From a virus, in IMG/VR virus record IMGVR_UViG_3300045988_176686: a DNA stretch of 64,000 nucleotides. One strand, 5' to 3'. Shown here piece after piece: positions 1 to 8,943 of the stretch. Positions within the stretch are counted from its first letter, which is position 1. Each line of letters begins with the position of its first letter. Position numbers and translations under genes: made by a program. Below the pieces are notes generated by a model. It was not told the DNA's origin, did not search any database, and saw only the letters and a list, made by a program, of their open reading frames with translations.

Positions 1-263
1 CACCCAGTGCGGCGGGGCAGTATCGCGTCTGTTAGGACACTTTCGGAATTAAACCGAAAACCCGAATACATTGAAAATCAAATGGTTGCAAAATTAAACG
101 GGTCGCGCAAATACATTGACTAAAGAACGTAACTGCCTAATTATCAATGGAATAAGGGAGAAATATATTATTTCAAACAAATACACATATCAATAAACAA
201 TACAAAAATGAAACATATTAAACGAAAAATGTATTAAAAATAACTATATATAAAATATTTATA

Positions 264-271
264 GTAGCTTT
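264..271 (+). promoter_or_regulatory. -7 promoter box TAGCTTTG for the XRE-type regulator gene
   Basis: Matches the Bacteroides TAnnTTTG -7 consensus. Lies 29 nt upstream of the ATG at 300. No clear -33 TTTG seen. Confidence 0.45.
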
Positions 272-299
272 GCATAAAAAATAACAATATAGATTTTTT

Positions 300-698
300 A
301 TGAGAACAAAAATAGACATAAGACGTGCCATTAAAGAACGATTTGGCACAGTGAGTGCTTTTGCTGAAAAGACAGGTATGAAAGCACAAAATATTGGACA
401 AAACTTAATTCACGGAAACCCCTCCATTAAAAAGTTGGAGGAATTGTGTGAAAAAATGGGGTGCGATGTAACAGATTTATTTTATCCTATCAACGAAGGG
501 GAGGAAGAAAACAATACGAACAAACCACAAACAGAGGTCGAAAACAAAGCCGAAGAAAATCTGCCGGAGGATAGCCAAGCACAACTCAGCGACATTCAGA
601 ACACCACTGCACCACTTTTCCAGATACACACTGCTATTTGCCCAAGTTGTGGCAAAAAAGTGAGAGTGGGCGTAGTTATGCTGCCCGATGTGCAGTAA
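300..698 (+). CDS. XRE/Cro-CI family helix-turn-helix transcriptional regulator with C-terminal CPSCGKK motif
   Basis: 132-aa ORF. N-terminal FGTVSAFAEKTGMKAQNIGQNLIHGNPSIKKLEELCEKMGCDV fits the HTH_XRE pattern. Followed by a strong hairpin terminator. Confidence 0.75.
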   Translation: MRTKIDIRRAIKERFGTVSAFAEKTGMKAQNIGQNLIHGNPSIKKLEELCEKMGCDVTDLFYPINEGEEENNTNKPQTEVENKAEENLPEDSQAQLSDIQNTTAPLFQIHTAICPSCGKKVRVGVVMLPDVQ

Positions 699-765
699 AA
701 GCACAAATGCACAAACAAACAAATACACAAAGCCACAAACACACAAAACCACAAACAAACAAAGC

Positions 766-814
766 AAGGCGCACTCCTGCCTCGCACGAAACGAGGACGA
801 GGAGTGCGCCTTTT
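766..814. terminator. bidirectional intrinsic terminator between convergent genes
   Basis: 13-bp stem AAGGCGCACTCCT/AGGAGTGCGCCTT (766-778 with 800-812) plus inner CCTCG/CGAGG pairing. TTTT on the plus side. T-rich CTTTGTTTG follows on the minus side. Confidence 0.7.
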
Positions 815-852
815 AGATTTAATCACTCAACAAAGAATGAGGGTGGAGACGG

Positions 853-1299
853 TTAGGCATCGAGATTACCTTCGCCACCTGGCTTGGAGGGAGTGGTGGT
901 GCTACTACTGCCGCCACCCGATGCGATGTTGCCCGTAATGTCGAGGTCGCCAAGCATTACTTTGAGTTCAGGAGACACGAGCGAACGGAGGTAGGAATAC
1001 GGATTGCCCACCTTGTGTTGGCCCTTGTAAGCTTTCATCACAAGTTGATAGTTGGCGGTGCCTGCTGCATTGGCGGTGGAGGGCTTGTTGGCATTCCACC
1101 ACGACGAGGCAAATTTAGAACGTTGGGTGAAGGTGGCCTTCACTTGTTGTAGCGCCTCACTGTTGGTAATGTCGCGAGCATGATACTCAGCAGTGTACAT
1201 TTTGCCCGTCTGTTTGTTGAGAGCTACATAAGTAGAGCCTTTTCTGCAAAGCTTCCCGCTCATAGTCTCAAAAGCATGGTTTAAAGTAATCTTTGCCAT
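853..1299 (-). CDS. hypothetical protein with Gly/Ser-rich C-terminal tail ending GNLDA
   Basis: 148-aa ORF. C-terminus GGGSSSTTTPSKPGGEGNLDA resembles the tail of the HU-like protein at 53774-54247. Confidence 0.6.
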   Translation of the reverse strand: MAKITLNHAFETMSGKLCRKGSTYVALNKQTGKMYTAEYHARDITNSEALQQVKATFTQRSKFASSWWNANKPSTANAAGTANYQLVMKAYKGQHKVGNPYSYLRSLVSPELKVMLGDLDITGNIASGGGSSSTTTPSKPGGEGNLDA

Positions 1300-1374
1300 G
1301 GTTTTAAAATTTAAAAGGTTAATAAAATATCCACCTAAATGGAAGTGAATTTTAAAAGGTAAGAAATCCCTACC

Positions 1375-1405
1375 AACCTAATGGCAACCTAATGGCAACC
1401 TAATG
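1375..1405. repeat. tandem 11-bp repeat AACCTAATGGC, about 2.8 copies
   Basis: Read directly: AACCTAATGGC AACCTAATGGC AACCTAATG. Sits between the start of the 148-aa gene and the first sRNA-like unit. Confidence 0.8.
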
Positions 1406-1507
1406 ATTTGGCTTGGAAAAATCTTACGTGGCAAAGTTATAAAATCAATTCTGAAAATTCATGACATAGGCTTGGTAGGACCAAAAACAATATTTACCTT
1501 TGTATCG

Positions 1508-1597
1508 CAACTTATAAATCAGTGTTTGGTACTGATAATGTCTTATTTACTAATTCCATGCTCTCCACCCGTCTGCGAAGATAGGTGGATTTTTTTT
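1508..1597 (+). ncRNA. candidate small RNA unit 0 (promoter + hairpins + terminator)
   Basis: TACCTTTG -7 box at 1495-1502. Internal hairpin ATCAGT/ACTGAT. Terminator hairpin 1564-1589 with loop TGCGAA, followed by T8 at 1590-1597. No ATG-initiated ORF. Confidence 0.4.
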
Positions 1598-1653
1598 AAT
1601 TTTAGTGCAGCATACATTTTGTAGAATAGGAAATAATGTTTACCTTTGCAAAC

Positions 1654-1753
1654 ATAAGGATAATTCAATATCCAATATTGAATTATATTTGTATAACTAA
1701 TTGTTTTTTAATGTTTTTATTTCCGCTTGCCTGTGAAGGTAGGCGGATTTTTT
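1654..1753 (+). ncRNA. candidate small RNA unit 1
   Basis: -33 TTTG at 1618-1621, 19-nt spacer, TACCTTTG at 1641-1648. 10-bp hairpin 1662-1684 with loop CCA. Terminator CCGCTTGCC-TGTGAA-GGTAGGCGG at 1722-1747 plus T6. Confidence 0.45.
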
Positions 1754-1808
1754 ATTTTAGTGCAACATACATTTTGTAGAATAGGGAATAATGTTTACCT
1801 TTGCAAAC

Positions 1809-1905
1809 ATAAGGATGATTCAATATCCAATATTGGATTGTCTTTGTACATCATAAAGAGTTAGCTAAATTGTTCCGCTTACCTGTGAAGGTAGGCGGAT
1901 TTTTT
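1809..1905 (+). ncRNA. candidate small RNA unit 2 (paralogue of unit 1)
   Basis: TTTG at 1773-1776, 19-nt spacer, TACCTTTG at 1796-1803. Same 5' hairpin as unit 1, with a U-A to U-G change. Terminator 1874-1899 plus T6. The 5' 60 nt is nearly identical to unit 1. Confidence 0.45.
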
Positions 1906-1956
1906 GTACATAAAATGACACACGGCACAAATTAAAAACTATATATCTTTGTGTAT

Positions 1957-2086
1957 TTTTTGACTTGCTATTGTTAGAGCAAAAGATAATTCTTAATTTT
2001 GCAGCATGCTTCATAGTCCATAAAACTATGCAAGTATTAAAATGTTTTTATGAATCCGCTTGCTTGTGAAAGTAGGCGGATTTTTT
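1957..2086 (+). ncRNA. candidate small RNA unit 3
   Basis: TATCTTTG -7 box at 1944-1951. Terminator CCGCTTGCT-TGTGAA-AGTAGGCGG at 2055-2080 plus T6, with a compensatory C-G to U-A change relative to unit 1. Confidence 0.35.
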
Positions 2087-2100
2087 GTGCGCGTTAATCA

Positions 2101-4338
2101 TTACTCTTCGTAAGAAATCAATCGTCCGTCTGGCAAAAGAGCCATACTGAGAGCGTTGGCATAAGCAGCTTCGGGCGTTGGTCCGTCAGATATGGCTATA
2201 ATGCCTTGATGTGCGGTCGCTGCCCATACCAATATGTTTTGCGCACCATAGGCTTTGGCGGCAACCAGCGTGATGGAGGTTAAGCCATCGAGACTCTTTA
2301 GGCATTTAGCACTCATGCTTTGAGTGGCGAACACGCCCGTGTGTTCTGCCATAGTGTAGTAAGGAATGAAAATGCCTTGCTCACTACTCAATGCGGAATA
2401 TTTACCATTTAAGCTTCTACCTAAGAACACGGTAAGTTGCATACCCTCGTAGCCAGTGGGGGCAGGCAAGTACACGTTCTCGTTGTCTGGCAACACAAAA
2501 TAGTTACCCGTGTGATTGTCGAGGTTCAAGTACTTTTTATTGCCATTCATTATCAAGTCACCTTGCTTCAAGAAGAGCGAGTTGACCTGAAGGTTGCCCG
2601 TTACATACACATCGCCTTTTACCACACTAAAGTTATTACCTATCCAAGCATCGCCTTTTTTGCCAAACTTCACCACCGCCTCTTTAGCCGTTTTACCGCC
2701 AAACCACAAGGGATAATCCACATCGGCTCCACCACCAAAAGCACCGTATGGAACATTCTTATCATCTACAATTTGAATTTGCGCCACTTGCAGATAGTTA
2801 ATGAAAGCCGTCATGATGTCGGCAAACGAGGTGCGGAGCGGACGTAGGTCGTTAATGGGTTCCCAATACTTGTTGCCGTTCGCTGTTGGTTTGTTGGCTG
2901 CGGAAGAGGTAATTCCGTTGTGCGAGGATCGGGCAAGAAAGTAGGTAGCTTTGCCAGAGGCAAGGTCGGTAATAGAAACTTCATCAAGATAGCGGTTGCC
3001 ATCGGGAGCTACCGATACGGGGGCTTCGGCACTATCGTTGCGGTAATCCACCCCTGCTTGCCATTCGCTACGGCGCACGGTTACACCCGTGTAGCCTCTG
3101 TCCCCCTTTACGTCGTCATAGCTATCAATGAAACCAGTAGCAAACATGCCCTCTTCTAACTTAGGCATAGACAGCCATACGCTGCGCGGTGCTTCAGCGG
3201 ATATTGATGGCAACAAGCGGAATAGCAGTATCTTTGTATCATCTGTACCCAATTTTGATGGGGTTTTAAATGTTACACAATGCCGTTCCCATTGGCCAGT
3301 AAGCTTCCACACATGTGAAAGGTCAGACGGGGTGGTTTTTTGCACCACGCCATCTATAATCATCGGAATCTTAACATCGACTGACGTAGGATATAAAAAG
3401 GTAGACAAGTCGTGGTTATCCTCCACTTGGTATAGTTTTACATAAGCTTGTCCATTTCGCGGTTCTGAGTTATCGTATAGGTAACTAAGTAATCTATACA
3501 CACCTGTCGTTTTAGGGGTAAACGTCATTGTCGCTGATGATAGTCCAGTATTTTTGATTGTAGCATGTGCTTGTTCTGACCAATCATTATTGTAAATGTA
3601 AGTGCTTAAATACTTACCTTCATTTAATGCCGTTTGGTCAACGTTGCCAACAATGGTTATCTTGTATTCTCGTCCCTCAATCAAATACAAATCCTTGGCC
3701 CCAAAGCCATACTTGTTGCTGGTTTCTTCAACAATAAGGGTATTCTGCATCTTTTTAGCAAAGAAACTAAAAGTGTACCATTGTGAAGGCTGCAACTTGT
3801 TAATGCCTTGGGCTGTGCTATAAATGACTTGTGCAAGGATTTCTTTGTACTGCACTACCAACGCTGTAGCCTCGCACGATTCAAAGAACGAATGTCGCCT
3901 GTTACAAAGATTGTTGGTATCAATATAACCCTTATTGGTAGGTGCAACTTGCCCAGTTTGTGGCACGTAGCTACTTTTAACAAACCATGCTTGCATGTGA
4001 TTATCATCGACAAACGTAGCATTGTCAATTAAGTTGGGGTTAATGCCACCTGAGTAAGTAGCTATTAATTCAGGAACAGAATATTCTGCTACTGACTTAG
4101 TATAAACCGTGTATATACATTTCCAAATATAGGGTTTTTGACTATCCGATTGTGGAAAGGTTTCGCTCCACCCCTTTACATCATCGTAATGCTTAACATT
4201 GGGCTTGTCGGTTAATACGAAATAGGTGGTAATCGAGGCTATGCCGTTGCCGTCGTTGCCGGGCTTGCCTGGTGCTCCGTCTTTGGGCTTGCGCCTAACC
4301 AACTGTGCGCCTTGAATGGTCATTGTTCCGTTGGGCAT
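2101..4338 (-). CDS. putative tail fibre / receptor-binding protein
   Basis: 745-aa ORF. N-terminal collagen-like GAPGKPGNDGNG. Last large gene of the minus-strand structural block. Function inferred from size and position only. Confidence 0.5.
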   Translation of the reverse strand: MPNGTMTIQGAQLVRRKPKDGAPGKPGNDGNGIASITTYFVLTDKPNVKHYDDVKGWSETFPQSDSQKPYIWKCIYTVYTKSVAEYSVPELIATYSGGINPNLIDNATFVDDNHMQAWFVKSSYVPQTGQVAPTNKGYIDTNNLCNRRHSFFESCEATALVVQYKEILAQVIYSTAQGINKLQPSQWYTFSFFAKKMQNTLIVEETSNKYGFGAKDLYLIEGREYKITIVGNVDQTALNEGKYLSTYIYNNDWSEQAHATIKNTGLSSATMTFTPKTTGVYRLLSYLYDNSEPRNGQAYVKLYQVEDNHDLSTFLYPTSVDVKIPMIIDGVVQKTTPSDLSHVWKLTGQWERHCVTFKTPSKLGTDDTKILLFRLLPSISAEAPRSVWLSMPKLEEGMFATGFIDSYDDVKGDRGYTGVTVRRSEWQAGVDYRNDSAEAPVSVAPDGNRYLDEVSITDLASGKATYFLARSSHNGITSSAANKPTANGNKYWEPINDLRPLRTSFADIMTAFINYLQVAQIQIVDDKNVPYGAFGGGADVDYPLWFGGKTAKEAVVKFGKKGDAWIGNNFSVVKGDVYVTGNLQVNSLFLKQGDLIMNGNKKYLNLDNHTGNYFVLPDNENVYLPAPTGYEGMQLTVFLGRSLNGKYSALSSEQGIFIPYYTMAEHTGVFATQSMSAKCLKSLDGLTSITLVAAKAYGAQNILVWAATAHQGIIAISDGPTPEAAYANALSMALLPDGRLISYEE

Positions 4339-4769
4339 GGTGCTAATGTAGTTTTAGGAGTGTGGGGGGGTAAAAGGATGCCTGCCTCTTGGCAATCGGC
4401 GGTGACTATTTGCTTTAGCTCGTTGCGCTGCTGCAAAAAGTCTTTATAGCGTTGGGCTATGGCTCCGTCTTTATCCTTCAGGATGCCGAGTTGCACGGCA
4501 TTGTAGTCGTTAATTAGTTTCTGCTCATAGTTTTGCGCAAACTGCTCGGTAATGACAGCTTCGGTGAGTCGGTTTTCGGTGAGGGGTGGCCAAATGATGA
4601 GTTCGTCGCAAACGTAGTTTGTGGGGCGTGGGTTTTCCTTGGCATCGGTGGTGTTGGTGGTGGGTTCGTGGTCTTCGGGTTCGAAGGCTTGAATGTTCCA
4701 ATGGTAGCGGTAACTTCCGTTGCCTACGGCTTCGAGGGGTTCGGGTTTGTGGTCGTAATACGCTTTCAT
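4320..4769 (-). CDS. hypothetical protein (tail-module)
   Basis: 149-aa ORF overlapping the next start by 19 nt. Contains a C7 run (G7 on the plus strand, 4364-4370) near its 3' end. Confidence 0.5.
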   Translation of the reverse strand: MKAYYDHKPEPLEAVGNGSYRYHWNIQAFEPEDHEPTTNTTDAKENPRPTNYVCDELIIWPPLTENRLTEAVITEQFAQNYEQKLINDYNAVQLGILKDKDGAIAQRYKDFLQQRNELKQIVTADCQEAGILLPPHTPKTTLAPCPTEQ

Positions 4770-4862
4770 AATGCTTGTTTGGGTGGGTTAATAAAATTGT
4801 TGTTGTGGGTTAAGTTTGTGTTTGTTTTTTCGCCTTTGCCAAATGGGGCGCGTTCGTGTCGC

Positions 4863-6221
4863 TTACGAGACCGCTGGAATAAAGCAAAGGCGAGTACCGA
4901 CATTCGAGCTCGCATTCGAGGGATTGAAAGTCGCCTCCGTCTGAACGAAGCCGGCCTTCGCAAAGTGAAACGCGTAGCCGCCGAACAACAGGACCCTGAG
5001 AACGGTTGTAGATGGATGGTCTACGTAGAAGTAATCGCCACAATGAGTAGACGAACCTCCACCTACAGCCATGCCAACTATTTCGCCACTCTCACCAAAA
5101 ATAAAATTGACAATATAGCCTTCGCTGCGAGCAGCATCGCCCACATACACATAACCCTCGTAGCCTGAATCTGAGAACTTAGCGGGGGTTGTGCATACAT
5201 ACACCTTGGATGTGCCATCGGGACTTATGCGCACGTTCACACCATCCACCAAATGGTTAATGTGCCCAAACGGGCATTCTATGCCACGATAACGATTTAC
5301 CTTTGTAGTTATATTGTCTAAGGTTAACGTCACCTCGCCTGTGCCATTGCCCAAACTATCGGTGTAACCACACGGCACAAAGGGTCGCACGCCGTTAAAA
5401 TCATTCCATTGACCGTAAGAGATGAATGCAACACCATCGCCCAATCCGCCTTGGCGAAAGCCCTCGGCAGTGGGTGTGGCGTTCACGGCGTTCTGTGAGT
5501 CTAATATGGCATACTCCACCACAAAGAGCCAATAAATGGTTTTGTGAATGTCGTAAACATAGCAGTTCCACTCTGCGCTGTTTGCCTTGCGCTTGCGAGC
5601 CGCATTGCGAAAGGCTGTGCGCGAGAGGCTCGATGCGGGGCGTCCACACAGTGTGCGGTAAGTGCCATCATAGTTACTGGTGTTGTCGCCACCACGATAA
5701 CGCGCATCCATGTTCACCACCGAAGCCAACTTGCCCGTGGTGCGATCCATCGCGGCTTCATAGGCCGATACATATTGCTTAGGCACACACTGGTAGCCAG
5801 GGAGCGGATAGAGCGAAAGGCGCACCGTGAGCTTTGTGCCATTGATACTAAATTTGCGCCAATGCAAGGGAATTTCAACCATTACCTGTCCGCTCTTGCC
5901 CGAACGATCTTCGTTGGTCCAATCTTTGGCACTCAAATACTTCACCACTTCGCCATCATCGTTGAGCAAGCAACCACGCATGAGCGACTGCACAGGCAAG
6001 GTTTTATGAAGAGCCATATTGCCAATGCGTGTGCAATGCGACGAAGATATACTTTCGTCGAAGATCACACCATACGACACCTCTTCTTCGCGATAAGGCA
6101 CAATGTCCTCGGCTTTTACTCTAACAATCGAACCGCCTACTTCGGCTAACATGGTCATATCTGCCGAGGTGCCCTTTACCAAGTTCACTGTGGCTAAGTC
6201 TGTACGTTCTACTGCTGGCAT
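4863..6221 (-). CDS. hypothetical virion structural protein (tail-module)
   Basis: 452-aa ORF in the same-strand structural operon. No motif recognised. Confidence 0.5.
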   Translation of the reverse strand: MPAVERTDLATVNLVKGTSADMTMLAEVGGSIVRVKAEDIVPYREEEVSYGVIFDESISSSHCTRIGNMALHKTLPVQSLMRGCLLNDDGEVVKYLSAKDWTNEDRSGKSGQVMVEIPLHWRKFSINGTKLTVRLSLYPLPGYQCVPKQYVSAYEAAMDRTTGKLASVVNMDARYRGGDNTSNYDGTYRTLCGRPASSLSRTAFRNAARKRKANSAEWNCYVYDIHKTIYWLFVVEYAILDSQNAVNATPTAEGFRQGGLGDGVAFISYGQWNDFNGVRPFVPCGYTDSLGNGTGEVTLTLDNITTKVNRYRGIECPFGHINHLVDGVNVRISPDGTSKVYVCTTPAKFSDSGYEGYVYVGDAARSEGYIVNFIFGESGEIVGMAVGGGSSTHCGDYFYVDHPSTTVLRVLLFGGYAFHFAKAGFVQTEATFNPSNASSNVGTRLCFIPAVS

Positions 6222-6342
6222 CTTTTTTAAATAATAAATTAAGAAAGTTAGTTATTGTGTGATTTTATATAGTTCTTTTTTACGAACCTTCTTTTGTGTG
6301 TTCGGTCATGCTCAATAGGAATAATAAGCATGACCAGAGAAG

Positions 6343-7395
6343 TTAAACGCTAAATTCGGCTTCGAATAGCACCACTACGTCGCTATCGCCCGTCTCGGTT
6401 GCCGTGAGGCTAACCAATGCTTCGAGCACGTCGGCACCCTGCTTAGTGGCTATGGGATGGCTGTCGAGTTTACCATTCGCAAAATTCACTTCGCCACTGG
6501 CTTGCTGTTCTGCCGTCACCTTATAATAATATGCCGTCCACTTCACCGCAGCAATGCCCGTAGCCTTCTCTTTGGTGCGTGTATTTGCCAACGTAGCTTT
6601 TACGGTAACGGTGTTCGTGTCTGTCACATCGCCCGAAACCTCGGTCATTACATAAAACTCGTCGGCTTGGTCGGTAAGCACAATGCCATCAGTATAAACC
6701 ACATTGCCATCTACCTTGAAATCGGCAATAAACAGCGTAGTGCCATCCACATCGTTGCGCGTCACCACGGCAGGGTTAAAGCCTGAAAGCGCATGCGCCT
6801 TATCCTTGATGTTTTTATACCAATCAATAGTGTAATTGGTTTGCGTCACACCGCCCAACATAAGGGTGGTGCGCAGGGCGGTTTTGCTCACCGAGCCATC
6901 AAGGATGGCATTGTCGGTGCTCACATTGCCCCAAAAGCTCGAAGCCCCACCTGCGGCAATAATCACCTCAATGCTTTTTTCAATCACAGCCGACACACCA
7001 TCAACCGTAACCTTTGCCGAGAAGGTGAGCGTGTCGTTATCTACATTGGTCTTCGATGCTAAGTTACCCACAATCTCTAACGCAGCTGTGACATGGTTCA
7101 CTTTGAACAAACGCTCATAGCCACTTGTAGTGCAAGCGCCATCTGCTGAAAACGCAAGCGCATTGCCAAGATATTTCCACGTCCAATCACTCAATGTGCC
7201 TTTCATGCCCGCAGTGAGCGAACGACCTTGTGGCGTGATAATAGGGTGAGCAGCCGAAGCCGACCACGAAGGGCTTACGTTGCCACCCGCATCTACTGTT
7301 TGATAAAGTTCGGCACCACTCGTAACAAGTTGCAATGCCAATGTGTGCCCTGTGCGCAAACGCTTCACTACGGCAGTTCCTTGAATTGAAGTCAT
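6343..7395 (-). CDS. hypothetical virion structural protein
   Basis: 350-aa ORF rich in T/V/G beta-type sequence. Assigned by position in the tail module. Confidence 0.5.
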   Translation of the reverse strand: MTSIQGTAVVKRLRTGHTLALQLVTSGAELYQTVDAGGNVSPSWSASAAHPIITPQGRSLTAGMKGTLSDWTWKYLGNALAFSADGACTTSGYERLFKVNHVTAALEIVGNLASKTNVDNDTLTFSAKVTVDGVSAVIEKSIEVIIAAGGASSFWGNVSTDNAILDGSVSKTALRTTLMLGGVTQTNYTIDWYKNIKDKAHALSGFNPAVVTRNDVDGTTLFIADFKVDGNVVYTDGIVLTDQADEFYVMTEVSGDVTDTNTVTVKATLANTRTKEKATGIAAVKWTAYYYKVTAEQQASGEVNFANGKLDSHPIATKQGADVLEALVSLTATETGDSDVVVLFEAEFSV

Positions 7396-7419
7396 CTTAT
7401 TAGTGTGTTTGTTTTGTTG

Positions 7420-7650
7420 TTATTCAAAAATAAATGTTTCGTGTGTGCTCAAATATAATTGTGCTTCTGCATCGGTTAGTTCTGTGCCATTTAGTTCAGC
7501 TACCCTTTCACTAAACGAACCTTTTAGCATGGGGGCATTAAGCAACGAACTCTCGTTGAGCAATAATAAACCATTGCGTGTGCCAAATTTCCCGTTCACG
7601 GATATTTCGGCCAACTTCACTTTTTCGATGGGGCAAAGTGCATATTTCAT
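7420..7650 (-). CDS. small hypothetical protein
   Basis: 76-aa ORF that exactly fills the gap between neighbouring same-strand genes. Confidence 0.45.
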   Translation of the reverse strand: MKYALCPIEKVKLAEISVNGKFGTRNGLLLLNESSLLNAPMLKGSFSERVAELNGTELTDAEAQLYLSTHETFIFE

Positions 7651-7663
7651 AAATATATGTGTG

Positions 7664-8902
7664 TTAAGATTTTTGCAAGGAGGTAAAAATAAACTCGCGT
7701 CCTTGATTGTCGGTCAGCACGGCACCCTCATTAGTTATGGCACGCACATAAGGCGGTTTGTCCTCAGTGGCAATAAACTCCGAAATGGTAGCCGTGTCGG
7801 TCAAACCATATTTTTTGAGCGAATAACGTGTTGTAGCACCCATATTGAGTTCGTGGTTAATGCCTCGCGCATCGGTAACAAACCACAAAATGTGATGTGT
7901 ACGCTCAGGATATTTCACCATGCCACTTGCTGCACGTGCCAATGCTCGGTCGTCGCGCATATCCTCGGTAGCTTGTGCAGCCGTTTTATTCAGATAGTCC
8001 CACGTAACGGGTTCCATTCTTCGGGCTGCACCCAATGTGATCATAGCAACAGTTCGTTCTAACGACGAAACAACCTCAATCGTGAATGTTTCGTTTGTAA
8101 TCATACGCAAATCTACCACCAAGCTTTTTTGCGATATGGATGTAATGGGGTAGTCTCCCAAATTGTTGTCGGTGAGCAACACTTTTTTACTGCCTTCGTG
8201 AATGTAGTAGTTCACCGTGTAGAGGTCGGTAGGTGCTTCGGCTTTACCCTTTCGCACAATCACGTTCCATTGTTGCACATAACTATCTGCCGATTTTCGG
8301 GCTTCACTAAGTTGCGTGTCGTTATAAGCAGCTATGCCTTGTGCCATTTCATACTCCATTTCGGCAAGCATATCCACAATAGGGTTATACACCACATTGT
8401 GTGCGCCATTTACCGAAATTTCCCAATCGTCTTCCGAACGGTCGGTTGTGGTGAGCAACACAGGTTCTATGACAATGTGAACAACCTTGTTGGTGCGAGT
8501 GTCGGGCACATCGCACTCAAAACTCAGCGCATACACCTCGCTGGGCATTACATTGCGGGAAATTACAATTTGTCCGCGTTTGTCGGTAGCGGTGGTGTTA
8601 ATCTGCACAGCGTCTTTCCAACCATCAACGGTCTTAATATCCTTGCCATTGAGCAACCATTTCATAGAATCGGCTGCAATATCAGCATTCGTAAGATTAC
8701 GTTGCAACGAACCGTCTTTAGCCGTAAGTTCTATGCGTGGCATTAGCACCAAAGGCGTAAGTGTGCGGTTGGGCTGAAACACATTAAGCAACTCATCGTA
8801 GACCTGCGTTAAGGGTGAATCGCTGTTTGAAACAACCACAATGCTTGCAGCTACACTCAGTGGCTGGTAATCGCGACGAATGATGTTTTTTGTAATTTGC
8901 AT
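7664..8902 (-). CDS. hypothetical virion structural protein
   Basis: 412-aa ORF in the tail module. No motif recognised. Confidence 0.5.
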   Translation of the reverse strand: MQITKNIIRRDYQPLSVAASIVVVSNSDSPLTQVYDELLNVFQPNRTLTPLVLMPRIELTAKDGSLQRNLTNADIAADSMKWLLNGKDIKTVDGWKDAVQINTTATDKRGQIVISRNVMPSEVYALSFECDVPDTRTNKVVHIVIEPVLLTTTDRSEDDWEISVNGAHNVVYNPIVDMLAEMEYEMAQGIAAYNDTQLSEARKSADSYVQQWNVIVRKGKAEAPTDLYTVNYYIHEGSKKVLLTDNNLGDYPITSISQKSLVVDLRMITNETFTIEVVSSLERTVAMITLGAARRMEPVTWDYLNKTAAQATEDMRDDRALARAASGMVKYPERTHHILWFVTDARGINHELNMGATTRYSLKKYGLTDTATISEFIATEDKPPYVRAITNEGAVLTDNQGREFIFTSLQKS

Positions 8903-8943
8903 GTGAATGTATAGGTTAGTTGGTTTGTATAGAAAAAAGTATT

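Noticed and set aside
700-762. CA-rich low-complexity run (CACAAAC-type repeats) after the XRE gene, as a possible repeat element
   Set aside because: The same A/C-rich, G-poor composition is seen in most 5' leaders and intergenic spacers of this genome. It is probably compositional rather than a discrete element.
1403-1624. 73-aa plus-strand ORF in the six-frame track
   Set aside because: It runs across a predicted promoter box and a terminator hairpin of the sRNA-like units. It has hydrophobic junk-like composition and no leader typical of the other genes.
1560-2090. Possible CRISPR array, because of the repeated hairpin-forming sequence
   Set aside because: The repeats are terminator hairpins followed by T-runs. 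Spacing is about 150-180 bp and irregular. The 'spacers' of units 1 and 2 are themselves homologous and carry promoters. No cas genes are present.
2437-6149. Many plus-strand ORFs (for example 2437-2847, 4533-5168, 5544-6149) antisense to the tail genes. The same applies to 50003-51877 (minus) inside terL, 47101-47736 (minus) and 38164-43235 (plus) inside the TMP.
   Set aside because: They are shadow ORFs fully nested in much longer opposite-strand genes. Translations are low-complexity or biased, and there are no independent signals.
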